This document shows positions 31,140 through 42,230 of a DNA stretch of 64,000 nt, in pieces (positions within the stretch are counted from its first letter, which is position 1; every line of letters begins with the position of its first letter). The position numbers and the translations under genes were made by a program. Source of the DNA: Naegleria gruberi (taxonomy: Eukaryota); NCBI GenBank assembly GCA_000004985.1, contig GG738846.1, one strand, 5' to 3'. The notes under the pieces were generated by a model. It saw only the letters and a list, made by a program, of their open reading frames with translations, was not told the DNA's origin and did no database searches.

Positions 31140-33119
31140 AGAAGTAATTTCATTAGAATAATCCCCTTTAATATAGGTAAAGGTCCTGTTGTTATACTTG
31201 TAGGTTGTATCAGTATATTAAATTTAGTAATCATGATGGCTTGATATTGATGCCTAGGCCAAAATACTTAATAATAGGTTCATAGATTTGTTGGAACACT
31301 ATGGGAACCAATTGAATTATTTCACTTAATCATTGGTTCTAAAAGATTTTCTAGACAATGGATGAAAGTACAACGTTTCTTTTTCAAGAATGATGATAAG
31401 GACACTAGAAATTATGATCAAGTTAAGAAGAAGGTAATGAGGTTAGAAAAAGACACCAAGCTTCAATTGCAAAACTTAACATTGGCATAAACTGGACTGC
31501 AATTGAAAATTACTGAATCCTACCCTATTAACGAAGAGTACATTAGTATTTATAATAAGGTTTCAATAACCGAAGAAGAGTTTCAAAAAACAATACTACT
31601 AAGATTAATAAATATATTTAAATATATCAACAACTCCAAAAAACAACACCAAGAAGAGCAACAACACAAACAAGAAGACCACGGAAACTGAACAAGAAGA
31701 AGAATTTGAAAATTTAGTTCTTAGAAAATATTGGCGAATATTCCAATGCAAGAATTAAGGTTGGAGTGGTACAACAACAATAGATAGAAACTCTCTGATA
31801 ATTCAAAAAAAGTAGAGATACTTTCTCAACCGCATCTTCTTATGTGTTTATCATTTGTTTGAGTGGTGAAGGATAGTAAATTATCAAATCTAAAGTGCAG
31901 GTAAATGAAAAAAAAGTAGAGATACTTTCTCGATCAAATCGTGTCATCCTTGTCCAGGGACCATGCTAATCTTCTCTGTATCGTTTATCCAATTTTCTAG
32001 CGTCCCTCGAGGGGACTTATCAATATAGGATTTGGTCGATGACTAAAAGTTGAACAAGAAAATATAGTAGTTTTTATTGTGGTTTTGAAAAATGACCTTT
32101 AATTTAATTAGTAAAAATATATTGGAAAGAGAGTGGCTACTTTCTTCTGGTACTATTAAATCACTAATAAACACAATATTTATTATCAGTTTTTCATTAT
32201 TTTGTGTTTTGGCTTGGAGCCAAACCTTGATTGATTCACTCCTTCAAGATTGATCAAACTCATTGCGAACAAGATATTAAAATATTAAATTCTTATTGTT
32301 TCTTTTAATTTCTTTCACCTTAAATCTAACAATTAACCTCATTTCCATAAACATCACTATGATCAAATTAAATTTCAAAGATAACCAACTTGTTCAACAT
32401 CTACACATTCTAGTGATCACACTCATATCAATTAATCCATTTTTCATTTTCAAATTTTTTACTTTCCAAAGTTTCCCAACAAAAATGTCAAAACGTAATA
32501 GGAGTAGTTTATAAGCTGAACCTAAGGTGCCAACTCAAAAGACTTACAATAAAACAAATAATCATAAAGGCCAATATAATAGCAACAGGCGGCAGTCACA
32601 TTAAGGATAAAGCAGGATACAGCATTGTGACAGACAGGGAAAACCTTCAAATCAGGCATCATATGCCCAAAATGCTGAACTACAAGCTTATCCATAAAGC
32701 TAATAAAGAAACTGGCTTCAAACTATGAATGGAGCAAAGATCTTAACAAATATGTAAGCATTTTGTAACAGCCATTTTTTCAATCAAGTGAAGATACTCT
32801 ATTGTCTTTTAGTTTTACAACGTGATATTTCTTTAGATGCACAAGTAGCTCATGCTCTCACAAACGAGATGAAAATCTCTCTTCCCTTCTACAACTCTCA
32901 ACTTTGAGATGTTTGATTTAATCAGCGAAAAACAACGAGTTCCAATCTTATTAGTGTGTGAGTGAAGATTATAATATTGGTGAATGAAAGTGAAATTTCC
33001 AAATATTCAACTTGACACTTCACTTGGCCCAACTATACTATTAAACAGCGTCTATCTTTTTGTGGCGTTCAATTTTAAAAACAATAACAACTTTATTTTT
33101 CATATTATAAAATTATAAT

Positions 33120-34094
33120 ATGGGTAATAGTTCTCTAGTGAGGTCCTCTATTGATATTGGAATTAAGGGAAAAATTAACAATACTCCCTCTTTTAAAAGT
33201 AGTAGTGGCACTACATTGATTGAAAGTAATCATAACAGCAGCAATGCAAATATTGGAGGAGGGTCATCCGATCTAAAATTATATCAAAAATTGAATGATG
33301 AGGAATTTGAAAAGGTGGCTCAAGTATTGAGGAAATCACTAATGGATGGAATTGTTACTCTGCCAGGCGATTTAACAAGGTCAGACTATAGACCAATGGA
33401 AGCTTCTTCCTCACCACCAAATCATTTCATCACCACCTCTTCAACTTCATCCATTGATCAATCCAAAACTAGAAATAATAGTTTGAATGTACATTCATTT
33501 CGTTCCTCTACGAGAAATACTCGTTTGAAGGATATTAAGGGAACCTTTTTTTCAGAATCCATACTCATCAAGAGTTCTAACAATTCACAGTTTAATAATA
33601 GCAGCAGCAGTCATTCAAAGATAGTGTCATTGCAGCATGATCAGCATGATGATGAGATGGATGCAATGAAACGATTTAAATTACCACCAATCTCTCCAGC
33701 ACACCCTTTTTCTGAGAGGGATAATAATAATAATAATAACCAAACAGCAATCACTTCATTTGAATCATTGATTGATGAAACTCATCATGGAGGGGGAGGA
33801 AACTCACAACCTTCTCAATTTGAATTTGACAATAATATTAATCATACAATTTCAACTCCTGTGGGATCATCAACATCTTCAGAAAGCAGCTTGGACCAAC
33901 ACCATCATGTCAATACTTCTATTGAATTACAACAAGACAAGACAAATTTATCAACACCAAATCAAGATAGTGCAATTAAATCTCAATCAGAGTCCACAAC
34001 CAACAATTCAACTCTAACCCATCAATCATCCAATGAAGAGCTCGAAGTTTTCATTTGTCCATCTCATGATGCACATCATCTCCACAATCAATAG
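33120..34094 (+). CDS. Ser/Asn/Thr-rich low-complexity protein (324 aa), N-terminal MG
   Basis: ATG at 33120 (ataATGG) and TAG at 34092-34094. It has poly-N (NNNNNNQ) and poly-S tracts and no recognisable domain. Confidence 0.4.
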   Translation: MGNSSLVRSSIDIGIKGKINNTPSFKSSSGTTLIESNHNSSNANIGGGSSDLKLYQKLNDEEFEKVAQVLRKSLMDGIVTLPGDLTRSDYRPMEASSSPPNHFITTSSTSSIDQSKTRNNSLNVHSFRSSTRNTRLKDIKGTFFSESILIKSSNNSQFNNSSSSHSKIVSLQHDQHDDEMDAMKRFKLPPISPAHPFSERDNNNNNNQTAITSFESLIDETHHGGGGNSQPSQFEFDNNINHTISTPVGSSTSSESSLDQHHHVNTSIELQQDKTNLSTPNQDSAIKSQSESTTNNSTLTHQSSNEELEVFICPSHDAHHLHNQ

Positions 34095-34483
34095 CACATC
34101 AAGTTCCCTCTCTCAGTGCGTGTTAACAATTTGCTCTCAATATTGCTCTCGTAAAAAGGGCGATAAAAAACCAAAAAGGTCTCTGTACAATCAAATATAA
34201 AAATTGACCCTTAATTGACCTTATTTGGAGAATGAAAAACACAAGTGTTCGAAAACCAAACCGTAACATCATAAAAAAACTGCTCAACAAGGACATTCAC
34301 ATAGTCACTTCTCACCAGAAAGAACCACTCGTCGTCATCATTTTGATAAAAATATCTCTCTTTTAAAAACAACAACAAACTACTACACCGCAAATTTATT
34401 AAGGTGTAAGACCACTTATTCTTGTTGAAACTTAATAGTAATACTATCAATTATTTGACTCTCTTTTTCAAAATAGATCAAAG

Positions 34484-35026
34484 ATGGGGAGTAATACAGC
34501 TCTCACTCATGCCAAAGCATCAGTTAAACAATCACTCACTGAGGAACAATTAGAAAAACTTCATAACATGATGAAACAAAGCCTCATTGAAGGTAAAAAA
34601 CAAAAGAAGGTTAAAAAGACTTCCAAACTCACTAGTAAGGATTTTATAAATTCACCTCGTGATCCACTCAATGATAGTCTCAAACAAGACTCGAAGCAAT
34701 TTTCAAACTATCATCCCCATCAAAATATTCTCTACTCTCAATTGTATAATGATGGTGATCCATTTGCTGATAACAAGATTTGCTTTCCAATGCTATTGAA
34801 GAATAATCATGATGCTGCAAGACAAAAGTCAATATCACCTCTTCCCTACATTCCTGGTTATTTAGCATCCGATTACATGCCCTCTCCAAAGGCTTTACCT
34901 CAATTAAAGTCGTGTGGACGTTTGGTTGGTGTTCATTCTTCACGCACTGAAATTAGTACAGTGCAGAGAAGTAAGACATGTCCACCAACGGCAGCTGCTG
35001 TGAATAACAAGTCCTATATTGAATGA
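34484..35026 (+). CDS. hypothetical protein (180 aa), N-terminal MGSNTAL (myristoylation-like)
   Basis: ATG at 34484 (aaagATGG) and TGA at 35024-35026. No recognisable domain. Confidence 0.35.
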   Translation: MGSNTALTHAKASVKQSLTEEQLEKLHNMMKQSLIEGKKQKKVKKTSKLTSKDFINSPRDPLNDSLKQDSKQFSNYHPHQNILYSQLYNDGDPFADNKICFPMLLKNNHDAARQKSISPLPYIPGYLASDYMPSPKALPQLKSCGRLVGVHSSRTEISTVQRSKTCPPTAAAVNNKSYIE

Positions 35027-35311
35027 CTAGTTGTGTGAGGTGAATTTGGTGTGATATTACATCTATGGAATGGTGAGTATTCTCAGTGGATATCACCACC
35101 TACAGAATACTGTGTAAATAGAGTACTCAAGATTTTGATGATTCTATGAAAGAAATGATCAAACTTGATTCATGAAAAGAATGATACAATTATCATTCCT
35201 AAATAATAAATTTAAATTGTCAAATCATTCTTTGAAATGTGGAATTAATCAGAAAATACACATTAAGGATAATAATTTTATTTTTTATAAAATCCAATTA
35301 AGAAGTTGAAA

Positions 35312-36796
35312 TTAAACAAGTAAATTCAAAACCAAAACCACCAACACAACCACTAATTGACTCAAAACTACCATATTAGAATTGTTACTGGCTTTTGATT
35401 TGGCAGGTGAAATACTGCTACTGCTAACCACTGGAGTTGGACCTGATGGATATTCATATTCCAAACTTGTACTATTAAATTTGGCCCCACCTGGCATGAT
35501 AACCATCGGTGGTCGACTCATGACCATTGATGAAATATCAAGACCTGGCAATGATGGTTCGCCCAAGAATACTTGAGCACTCTTAGAGGTGAGCTTCAAG
35601 CACGAGTAGGCAGCTTCATATTGAGTTTTACATTTTAAAAAGGCAGATGATTTCAGGTCCACAATTTGATACTTGCCATTTCCTGGAAGCATGTGCGCTG
35701 CATTCGAATAACCATTATTCCACAAACAAATTGACACATCCTGAACAAAACCAGTACAAGTTCCAAAACAAACACCATTGCCATTACCTGAAGAGCTAGT
35801 TCCATTACAACTGCATTGGAAAGAACCTGGACAATTGAGACCATTTCCATTACAAGTCAAAGTATTGGCAAGACCCAATTTGAAACACATTCCATTCTTT
35901 GAACCACAAGTTCCACTATAACAATGAGAATCTGATGAGCACATCTTTTCATGAGTATTGAAATTGACACGAGAGCATTCTCCATTGTAACAAGTTGCAA
36001 GTCCAGAGGATCCAATCTTGCTACTCTCACATCCAAGAGCATCTCCTTCACAGAATTCGCCCCATTTGGCATATTTGGAACATACATATTGGTCAATCAT
36101 GGCAGCTTTAACAATTCTACAAACTAATCCACTTGGACAAATGCTTGTCACACTCATTGGATCACAAACCTCACCTTCCTTTAAGGTTGTTACTTGATTA
36201 CAAATTCCATTCAAACAAGTCAATCCCTCTCCACACAGTGTATGAGTATGAGTTTGCATATCATGAGTATTACATGTTTCATTGACACTTCTCATTAAAC
36301 AATTGACACACATTCCAGAGTGACACATTCTATTATCGGCACAAATTGAATAAGTATTCTCAGTTGCACTGTAAACTCCACACATTTCTCCAAGTCCTAC
36401 TTTGAGATTATCAAATTTCAAGCAATATCCACCCAGACAATTCAATCCATCTGCACAATTATTAATGGAATTGCATGAATCTCCCTGATATCTCGTCTTT
36501 CTATAATCACAAATGGAATTGAAACAGCCAAGTGAAGCCAGATAGCAATTAGCATCACTGGTGCATGATTTTCCTAAAACTGAATTCAAGAAGGTTGCAT
36601 ATGGTGCACATGTTCTATTGCCAGAATCGAGTTGCATCATATTGACGAAACCAATTGGACATGTTGTTGATTCAAGTGTTGGAGCAATGTCATAATTGGA
36701 TGTACATGTTTGAGCATGGACATTGTGCACAATAGTCACCACCAATAAAATTAATGCGTTGACCAACAGTAATAAGTTAAAAGAAGATTTGAACAT
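35312..36796 (-). CDS. secreted Cys-rich repeat protein with Ser-rich stalk and C-terminal hydrophobic (GPI-signal-like) tail
   Basis: ATG at 36796..36794, followed by the signal peptide MFKSSFNLLLLVNALILLVVTIV. About 7 tandem 6-Cys modules (C…C…G..C….C…C). An S-rich region. C-terminal SNNSNMVVLSQLVVVLVVLVLNLLV. Confidence 0.55.
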   Translation of the reverse strand: MFKSSFNLLLLVNALILLVVTIVHNVHAQTCTSNYDIAPTLESTTCPIGFVNMMQLDSGNRTCAPYATFLNSVLGKSCTSDANCYLASLGCFNSICDYRKTRYQGDSCNSINNCADGLNCLGGYCLKFDNLKVGLGEMCGVYSATENTYSICADNRMCHSGMCVNCLMRSVNETCNTHDMQTHTHTLCGEGLTCLNGICNQVTTLKEGEVCDPMSVTSICPSGLVCRIVKAAMIDQYVCSKYAKWGEFCEGDALGCESSKIGSSGLATCYNGECSRVNFNTHEKMCSSDSHCYSGTCGSKNGMCFKLGLANTLTCNGNGLNCPGSFQCSCNGTSSSGNGNGVCFGTCTGFVQDVSICLWNNGYSNAAHMLPGNGKYQIVDLKSSAFLKCKTQYEAAYSCLKLTSKSAQVFLGEPSLPGLDISSMVMSRPPMVIMPGGAKFNSTSLEYEYPSGPTPVVSSSSISPAKSKASNNSNMVVLSQLVVVLVVLVLNLLV

Positions 36797-37317
36797 TTTA
36801 AGGTGATTTTTTTTTCAACATTCTTCAAATTTCACGATAAAGTATCATAATTTATTCTTCCCTCACTGTTGTGACAATATGAATGGTTTCCTTCTTAGAA
36901 GTCATCTATTACTGTATCCAAAGGGCTTCCACAAACAGTCAGGTCTGTGCTGGTTGGTGAAAACCAATCATTTAAGAGAAAATCTTGTGTTAAAATTCCC
37001 AAATAAGGTTCCTTTGTGGGTTATATTGATTGATTTTGATTGTGGTGAGGCGGGTAATTATAAAGCATTTTCTTCAACTAAATGCTGGATGGACAGGTCT
37101 GTGGTTAGATTATTCTCAAAAGTTTTCAAAAAGACATTTTCACAAGCCAATCGTTCTATCTTAGTCACATGCTTATGAATTCACATTGAAATTGCTGTAA
37201 ATTCAATTGTTAGTTTCCATTTAATTTCTCTTTAAGGTTGGAATAATCTTTTCAAATGTGTTTAGCTCCGTTGTGAGTTAGAGAACAGTTTATGATGATT
37301 TTTATGATTTTTATGTT

Positions 37318-40300
37318 TTACAAAATTGTACATGCTTCTGCATTGGCCTGGTACTTATTTACAATATTATATCTGTTGAGGATTACATTCTCTCCATCAC
37401 CAACCCAGGTTTCTTGCTTGGTAGTTTCATTCTTTTGCTCACTCTTTTCATCTTGTTCTCCAATGTGGAATCTACCGAGAATGTATTCATTAGTTCCCTT
37501 TTCAAAGTAGGTGAAATAGGATTCATCGAAAAAGATTTCCTTCTGAGTATGTCTGGTATTACTAGTTGAAAGAGTTGGGAGGGCAAGAACTCTAACAAGT
37601 GCACCAGCATCAGCTCCACAAATACTCCAAATTCTAATAACTGATTCATTAACACAACAAGTAGCAACCATAGTACCAGCAGCAATAACCTTGGCACAAG
37701 AGACAGCACTTGGATGTTCCAAGGTCATTAAACATTGACCTGTGTGCAAGCTCCAAATTTTGACAGTCTTATCGGATGAAGAAGAGGCCAACACATTACT
37801 CAAATCAATCAATTCAGTATTGAGAGACATTGAAGTAACAATGGAATCATGACCTTCAAGAGTATAAATTAATCTCCAACTTGCCATGCTAGTTGAGTTG
37901 CTGATATCATATACATAAATCTTCTTATCAACAGTGCAAGCAATTACTTGTTGAGTAAGTTCCCAAGAGGTAACTTCTTTTGAATCTGTTGGAAGTTCCT
38001 TCAATTCAAAGCTTTTAGAGAGACGTTTCATAGAAATGTCATAAATGTGAACACAATATTGAGTTGGAACACGAGCTAATTTTACAATGGCCATACAGGT
38101 CTTGTTACTAAGTAATTTAACAGCAACAATATAATCCTTAGAATAGGTAACTTCCAAAAATACTTCATCCTTCAACAATTCTGTACCTCCAATAACAACC
38201 AAAGTAGAATTGATATGGTAGTAGCTAGATTCAGTATAAACAAAGCACAAGACACCAAATTGATAATCGAATGGTGAATGTGAAAGATAAGAGTATGGAA
38301 AGTGCAAAACTTCCTTATTAAGACTGATAGTATCCTTCTTGGTTTGCAATTGTTGGCTTGCGAGTACCCTCAATCTGTCCTTGAAATGCAAATACCCTCT
38401 CACAAGAATACCATCAATTTCAGTCCACCCTGTTGGAGACTTTCTCAAATCCAAATCAATTCTAATCTTTTTAGTTGGGTAATCCTTTTTGAGAATTGTT
38501 GGTGCAAAAACTCTAGATCTTTCCATCATTCTACAATTGGTATCGTATGGTTTTCCTAGCCAAACAGTATCCCATGAGTTGGTAGACTTGTCAAATATCG
38601 AAATTTTAAAGACACCACCAGGGCAGAATGTTTCAAAGACACGAACTTCTTCAATGAACATTTCTTCTTCAATTTCAAATTCCAAGAATTCCAATGATCC
38701 AAAACCTAAAGTTCTATTGGATGGTGACCATGCAGTTCCAAAGGATCCATATTTTGGATAGGTATTGACAACTCCAATCAAATTGAGAGCAGAAAATGGT
38801 GGATAATCAGCTCTAGAGTGGGCTGTGGATAAGTCATCATCAGCAGTTGTAGAGGCAGCGCCTCCCTCAGATCTATTTCTTGAAATGTACTCACTGCTGC
38901 AATTCATTACCTTTGAGACCCATTGTTCATATAAAAACTCATCAGTTTCACTTAAAAGGCTCTCGTGAAGCTCTTTCATGGCAGATATTGGCAAATCATC
39001 TTCGAACATATTATCCAAAATTTGTTTTCTTCTACCTGTTAATCTATTGGCAACGTGAGAGTCTTTAGCACTGAACAAACTATAGGTTAAAAGATCATAG
39101 GAAAAGTGATGTTTAAAAGGTTTGGTTGTGTGACGGAAATTCTTTCTAGTATTTAAAATAACACGACCATCCAACAATCTTACATCCTTCAAGTGAAATC
39201 CATTACTCTTCCAATCATCGGTATTGGTTGAACAATAATTCATAATACCACTAAATTCGTCAACAAGACGATCTCTTTCCTTGTCCAATTTTTCCTTTTC
39301 CTTTCTAACTTCCTCTTCATCACTAACATATTCTCTTCTTTTAATGGATGGTTCAACAGAGGTGTTCAAGATTGAAATTTTAGAATCACTTGGTGTGGAT
39401 GGATTGGAAGGTACTTTTGTATTGTTGGTATTTTCAATATCAATCCATCCTTTTCCCTTCACGGCCTCTTTCAAACTGGAAGAGGAGAGTGTGAGAATTT
39501 TCAAATCAGGTTGTGTATAAACTTTCATTAAATTCACTTGACCAAAACGATAACATGTTTGCATTTGCTCTCTATATTTGACAGCATTTCTCCAATTGCA
39601 ACGTGGTCTCTTGTAGTACTCTCTTTCCTCTCGTTGAATTGATTCTTGTGGTTGTTGTTGTTGTTGATTATTTGATGACGATGGTTGGCCTTTTTCAAAA
39701 ACAGATGATAATGTAGAGAAGGAAGCAAAGGATGGTGTTGAAACCAACTGTGGAGGAATTCTAGAGTTTTGAGATTGTGCCGAATTAACGCTTCCTCTTG
39801 GAGAAAGTGGTGTTGATGTTATGATTGGTGAAGAGGGAGCAAGGGGAGATTCAACATTAGCCTTCACAGCAATAGGGAAGGTAGGAGAGGAAATTCCACC
39901 TGTTGTTGTTGTTGTTGTTGTTGTTGCTGTTGTTGGTGTTGGAGGTGGTTGTGCTGAAGCTCCACCTGAAATTAAAAACGATTGACGATTATAGTCGTGA
40001 TAGAAGGTAGTATATGGTTCGTATCTGGCAATAAAGTATTCCAAGAATTTGCTCTCATCATTTCCAACATTTTGAAAGATATGACTTGCCTTGCAACAAC
40101 TTTCAATATCGGCACCATTCATGAAGGAAAATATGTGGAAAATAATACTTTCATTCAATGGTAATTTTCTCTTATTTCTTGTACGGATTTGTACCAATCT
40201 TGCTTTTTGTTTTTTAGAGTAGATTGGATTGATCAGGTGGGTGTGATTTGATGTGGCCGACGACATGCTGCCGGCAGCAGTTAATGATGAAGCTGCTTGG

Positions 40301-40320
40301 GTTGATGTGTCGATGGACAT
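37318..40320 (-). CDS. F-box / WD40-repeat protein (1000 aa)
   Basis: ATG at 40320..40318. F-box-like LPLNESIIFHIFSFMNGADIESCCKASHIFQNV. A poly-T/poly-Q low-complexity linker. C-terminal WD40 repeats (GHDSIVTSMSLN…DKTVKIWSL…). It is a single 3-kb exon. Confidence 0.55.
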   Translation of the reverse strand: MSIDTSTQAASSLTAAGSMSSATSNHTHLINPIYSKKQKARLVQIRTRNKRKLPLNESIIFHIFSFMNGADIESCCKASHIFQNVGNDESKFLEYFIARYEPYTTFYHDYNRQSFLISGGASAQPPPTPTTATTTTTTTTGGISSPTFPIAVKANVESPLAPSSPIITSTPLSPRGSVNSAQSQNSRIPPQLVSTPSFASFSTLSSVFEKGQPSSSNNQQQQQPQESIQREEREYYKRPRCNWRNAVKYREQMQTCYRFGQVNLMKVYTQPDLKILTLSSSSLKEAVKGKGWIDIENTNNTKVPSNPSTPSDSKISILNTSVEPSIKRREYVSDEEEVRKEKEKLDKERDRLVDEFSGIMNYCSTNTDDWKSNGFHLKDVRLLDGRVILNTRKNFRHTTKPFKHHFSYDLLTYSLFSAKDSHVANRLTGRRKQILDNMFEDDLPISAMKELHESLLSETDEFLYEQWVSKVMNCSSEYISRNRSEGGAASTTADDDLSTAHSRADYPPFSALNLIGVVNTYPKYGSFGTAWSPSNRTLGFGSLEFLEFEIEEEMFIEEVRVFETFCPGGVFKISIFDKSTNSWDTVWLGKPYDTNCRMMERSRVFAPTILKKDYPTKKIRIDLDLRKSPTGWTEIDGILVRGYLHFKDRLRVLASQQLQTKKDTISLNKEVLHFPYSYLSHSPFDYQFGVLCFVYTESSYYHINSTLVVIGGTELLKDEVFLEVTYSKDYIVAVKLLSNKTCMAIVKLARVPTQYCVHIYDISMKRLSKSFELKELPTDSKEVTSWELTQQVIACTVDKKIYVYDISNSTSMASWRLIYTLEGHDSIVTSMSLNTELIDLSNVLASSSSDKTVKIWSLHTGQCLMTLEHPSAVSCAKVIAAGTMVATCCVNESVIRIWSICGADAGALVRVLALPTLSTSNTRHTQKEIFFDESYFTYFEKGTNEYILGRFHIGEQDEKSEQKNETTKQETWVGDGENVILNRYNIVNKYQANAEACTIL

Positions 40321-40631
40321 TTTTTGAATTAGATAATAAAAATTATTATTTGATTTTTAAATTTCTAAGAAAAACAGATCTTGCATGGAGAAAATGCCAG
40401 ATTTAATATAATAGAGTTACTTCGTTCTCCTCGTTTAAAACCAAGACAACAATCTATTAAATCAAATTGGAAAACAAATAAAACCACACAGGTTTAAGAA
40501 AGGTCACAAAAATCTACTTAGAAAGGTTTTATTTGTACTTCAAAGTAAGTAATTAATTTACAATTTCCAGTATAATCAAAACTTCTAATGCACACTCGCA
40601 CTCAATAAATAAAACAACAATAAAAAAAAAC

Positions 40632-42152
40632 ATGAAAATTTCCACAATCAAACAATTAGTACGGGAAGCTAGTGCAAAAAATCGACAACAATCACAAATT
40701 TCAAATCACCGCGACGATGATTCTGATGCAATGACCGTAAGCAATGATGAAGAAATGAAGGAATTCAATTCTTCTGATCAATTAATTTCCAATTCTTCTT
40801 CTTCTTCAACTGCTCCGAAACAAAGAAAGAACAGAAAGAATTATATTACATCAAATTCGTTTTTTTCTAAAACACATTCAATTAAGATGTATGCTGATTT
40901 GTGGTTTTATATTTCGAAATTTATGGATGAACCTTTAAATTACTTTCTTACACAGTTTCGTTTAATTTGTAAACAGGCCTTGGAGGCTGCAAGCAGATAC
41001 ACCAAATTGGAAATGAATGGGATTTATGGAAATAGATTATTTTTAATGATTTGTAATCACATGACCGAACTTAAAGTATTGTCATTAGAGAAACGATTAC
41101 AAAATCGAAAGAAAGTAGGAATTACAGATATAGGTCCATTGAAAAGGGGAAATTTAGAAAAGTTAGAATATTTAAACTTGCAAAATAATTCCATTTCCAA
41201 TGTTACAGCTTTTGGTGTTGCAAAGAATTTGAAAAATTTGAAATATTTGAATTTAAAAGGTAACAAGATTACTACTTGGCAATATTTGGCTAATAAGAAA
41301 TTGAGGAATATCGAATATTTAAATTTGAATAGTAACATGATTACCAGTGTGTACACGTATCTTTATATAGATACCAAATTACCTGAATCCAATTTGAAAA
41401 CTCTCAAATTGGGAAATAACAAGTTGGATGCAATTTTTTTCGTTAACATTAATATGAACTATTTCTCCAATTTAACAAACTTGGATTTGAAATATAATAG
41501 AGAAATTGGTACGATATGGTATAATGGTGAATCGAAATTGGATAAATTGGAGCAATTGAATATTAGTGGAACAAGTATTATCGATCTGACACATGTTCTA
41601 ACTAGCTTTCCAAAATTGAAAATTCTCAAATATGGCAGTGTTGACTATGAAAGCATGACAACAATGAGCAATCTATTGCAAGAATTATCTCCATCCATAG
41701 TCGAAGATACACCACTAAAAAATCAAATTGAGACGCTCTATTTGAATAACATGAAACTAACGTGTGGAAATATTGTAGAGCTCTGCAATCTGAAACTATA
41801 TCAACAATTAACCAAACTAGTCTTGAGTGAGAACAAAATTTGCAACCAATCTATTCAAGTGCTTTCCCAAGTACCAAATCAATTGACTAGCTTGACTGTT
41901 CGTAATTGTTTTCTTAATGATGGTTGTGCCACACATCTATGCTCCTTTCCAAAATTGAAATACTTGGATGTTGCCTGGAATTTCCTCACCAATTCAGGTT
42001 GTAATGTGTTGGTGAGCTCGAATTTGGACCATCTCGATATCACTCACAATACTTACATTGATGCCAAGCTCATTTCAAGTCGGCCAACCAGTATCAAGAA
42101 GATTATTTATGGTTGGGGAAGAACCAACATTCATGAAAGAATTACTCAATAG
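40632..42152 (+). CDS. leucine-rich repeat (LRR) protein (506 aa)
   Basis: ATG at 40632 (aaaaaaaaacATG). About 12 LxxLxLxxNxI repeats (LEYLNLQNNSISNV; LKYLNLKGNKIT; IEYLNLNSNMITSV …). TAG at 42150-42152. Confidence 0.55.
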   Translation: MKISTIKQLVREASAKNRQQSQISNHRDDDSDAMTVSNDEEMKEFNSSDQLISNSSSSSTAPKQRKNRKNYITSNSFFSKTHSIKMYADLWFYISKFMDEPLNYFLTQFRLICKQALEAASRYTKLEMNGIYGNRLFLMICNHMTELKVLSLEKRLQNRKKVGITDIGPLKRGNLEKLEYLNLQNNSISNVTAFGVAKNLKNLKYLNLKGNKITTWQYLANKKLRNIEYLNLNSNMITSVYTYLYIDTKLPESNLKTLKLGNNKLDAIFFVNINMNYFSNLTNLDLKYNREIGTIWYNGESKLDKLEQLNISGTSIIDLTHVLTSFPKLKILKYGSVDYESMTTMSNLLQELSPSIVEDTPLKNQIETLYLNNMKLTCGNIVELCNLKLYQQLTKLVLSENKICNQSIQVLSQVPNQLTSLTVRNCFLNDGCATHLCSFPKLKYLDVAWNFLTNSGCNVLVSSNLDHLDITHNTYIDAKLISSRPTSIKKIIYGWGRTNIHERITQ

Positions 42153-42230
42153 TAAATTTATTCAAATTCACAATTATATGTAATAACAAATAGATGAACA
42201 TTTAAAAGTAAAATTAAAACTTTAAAAAAA

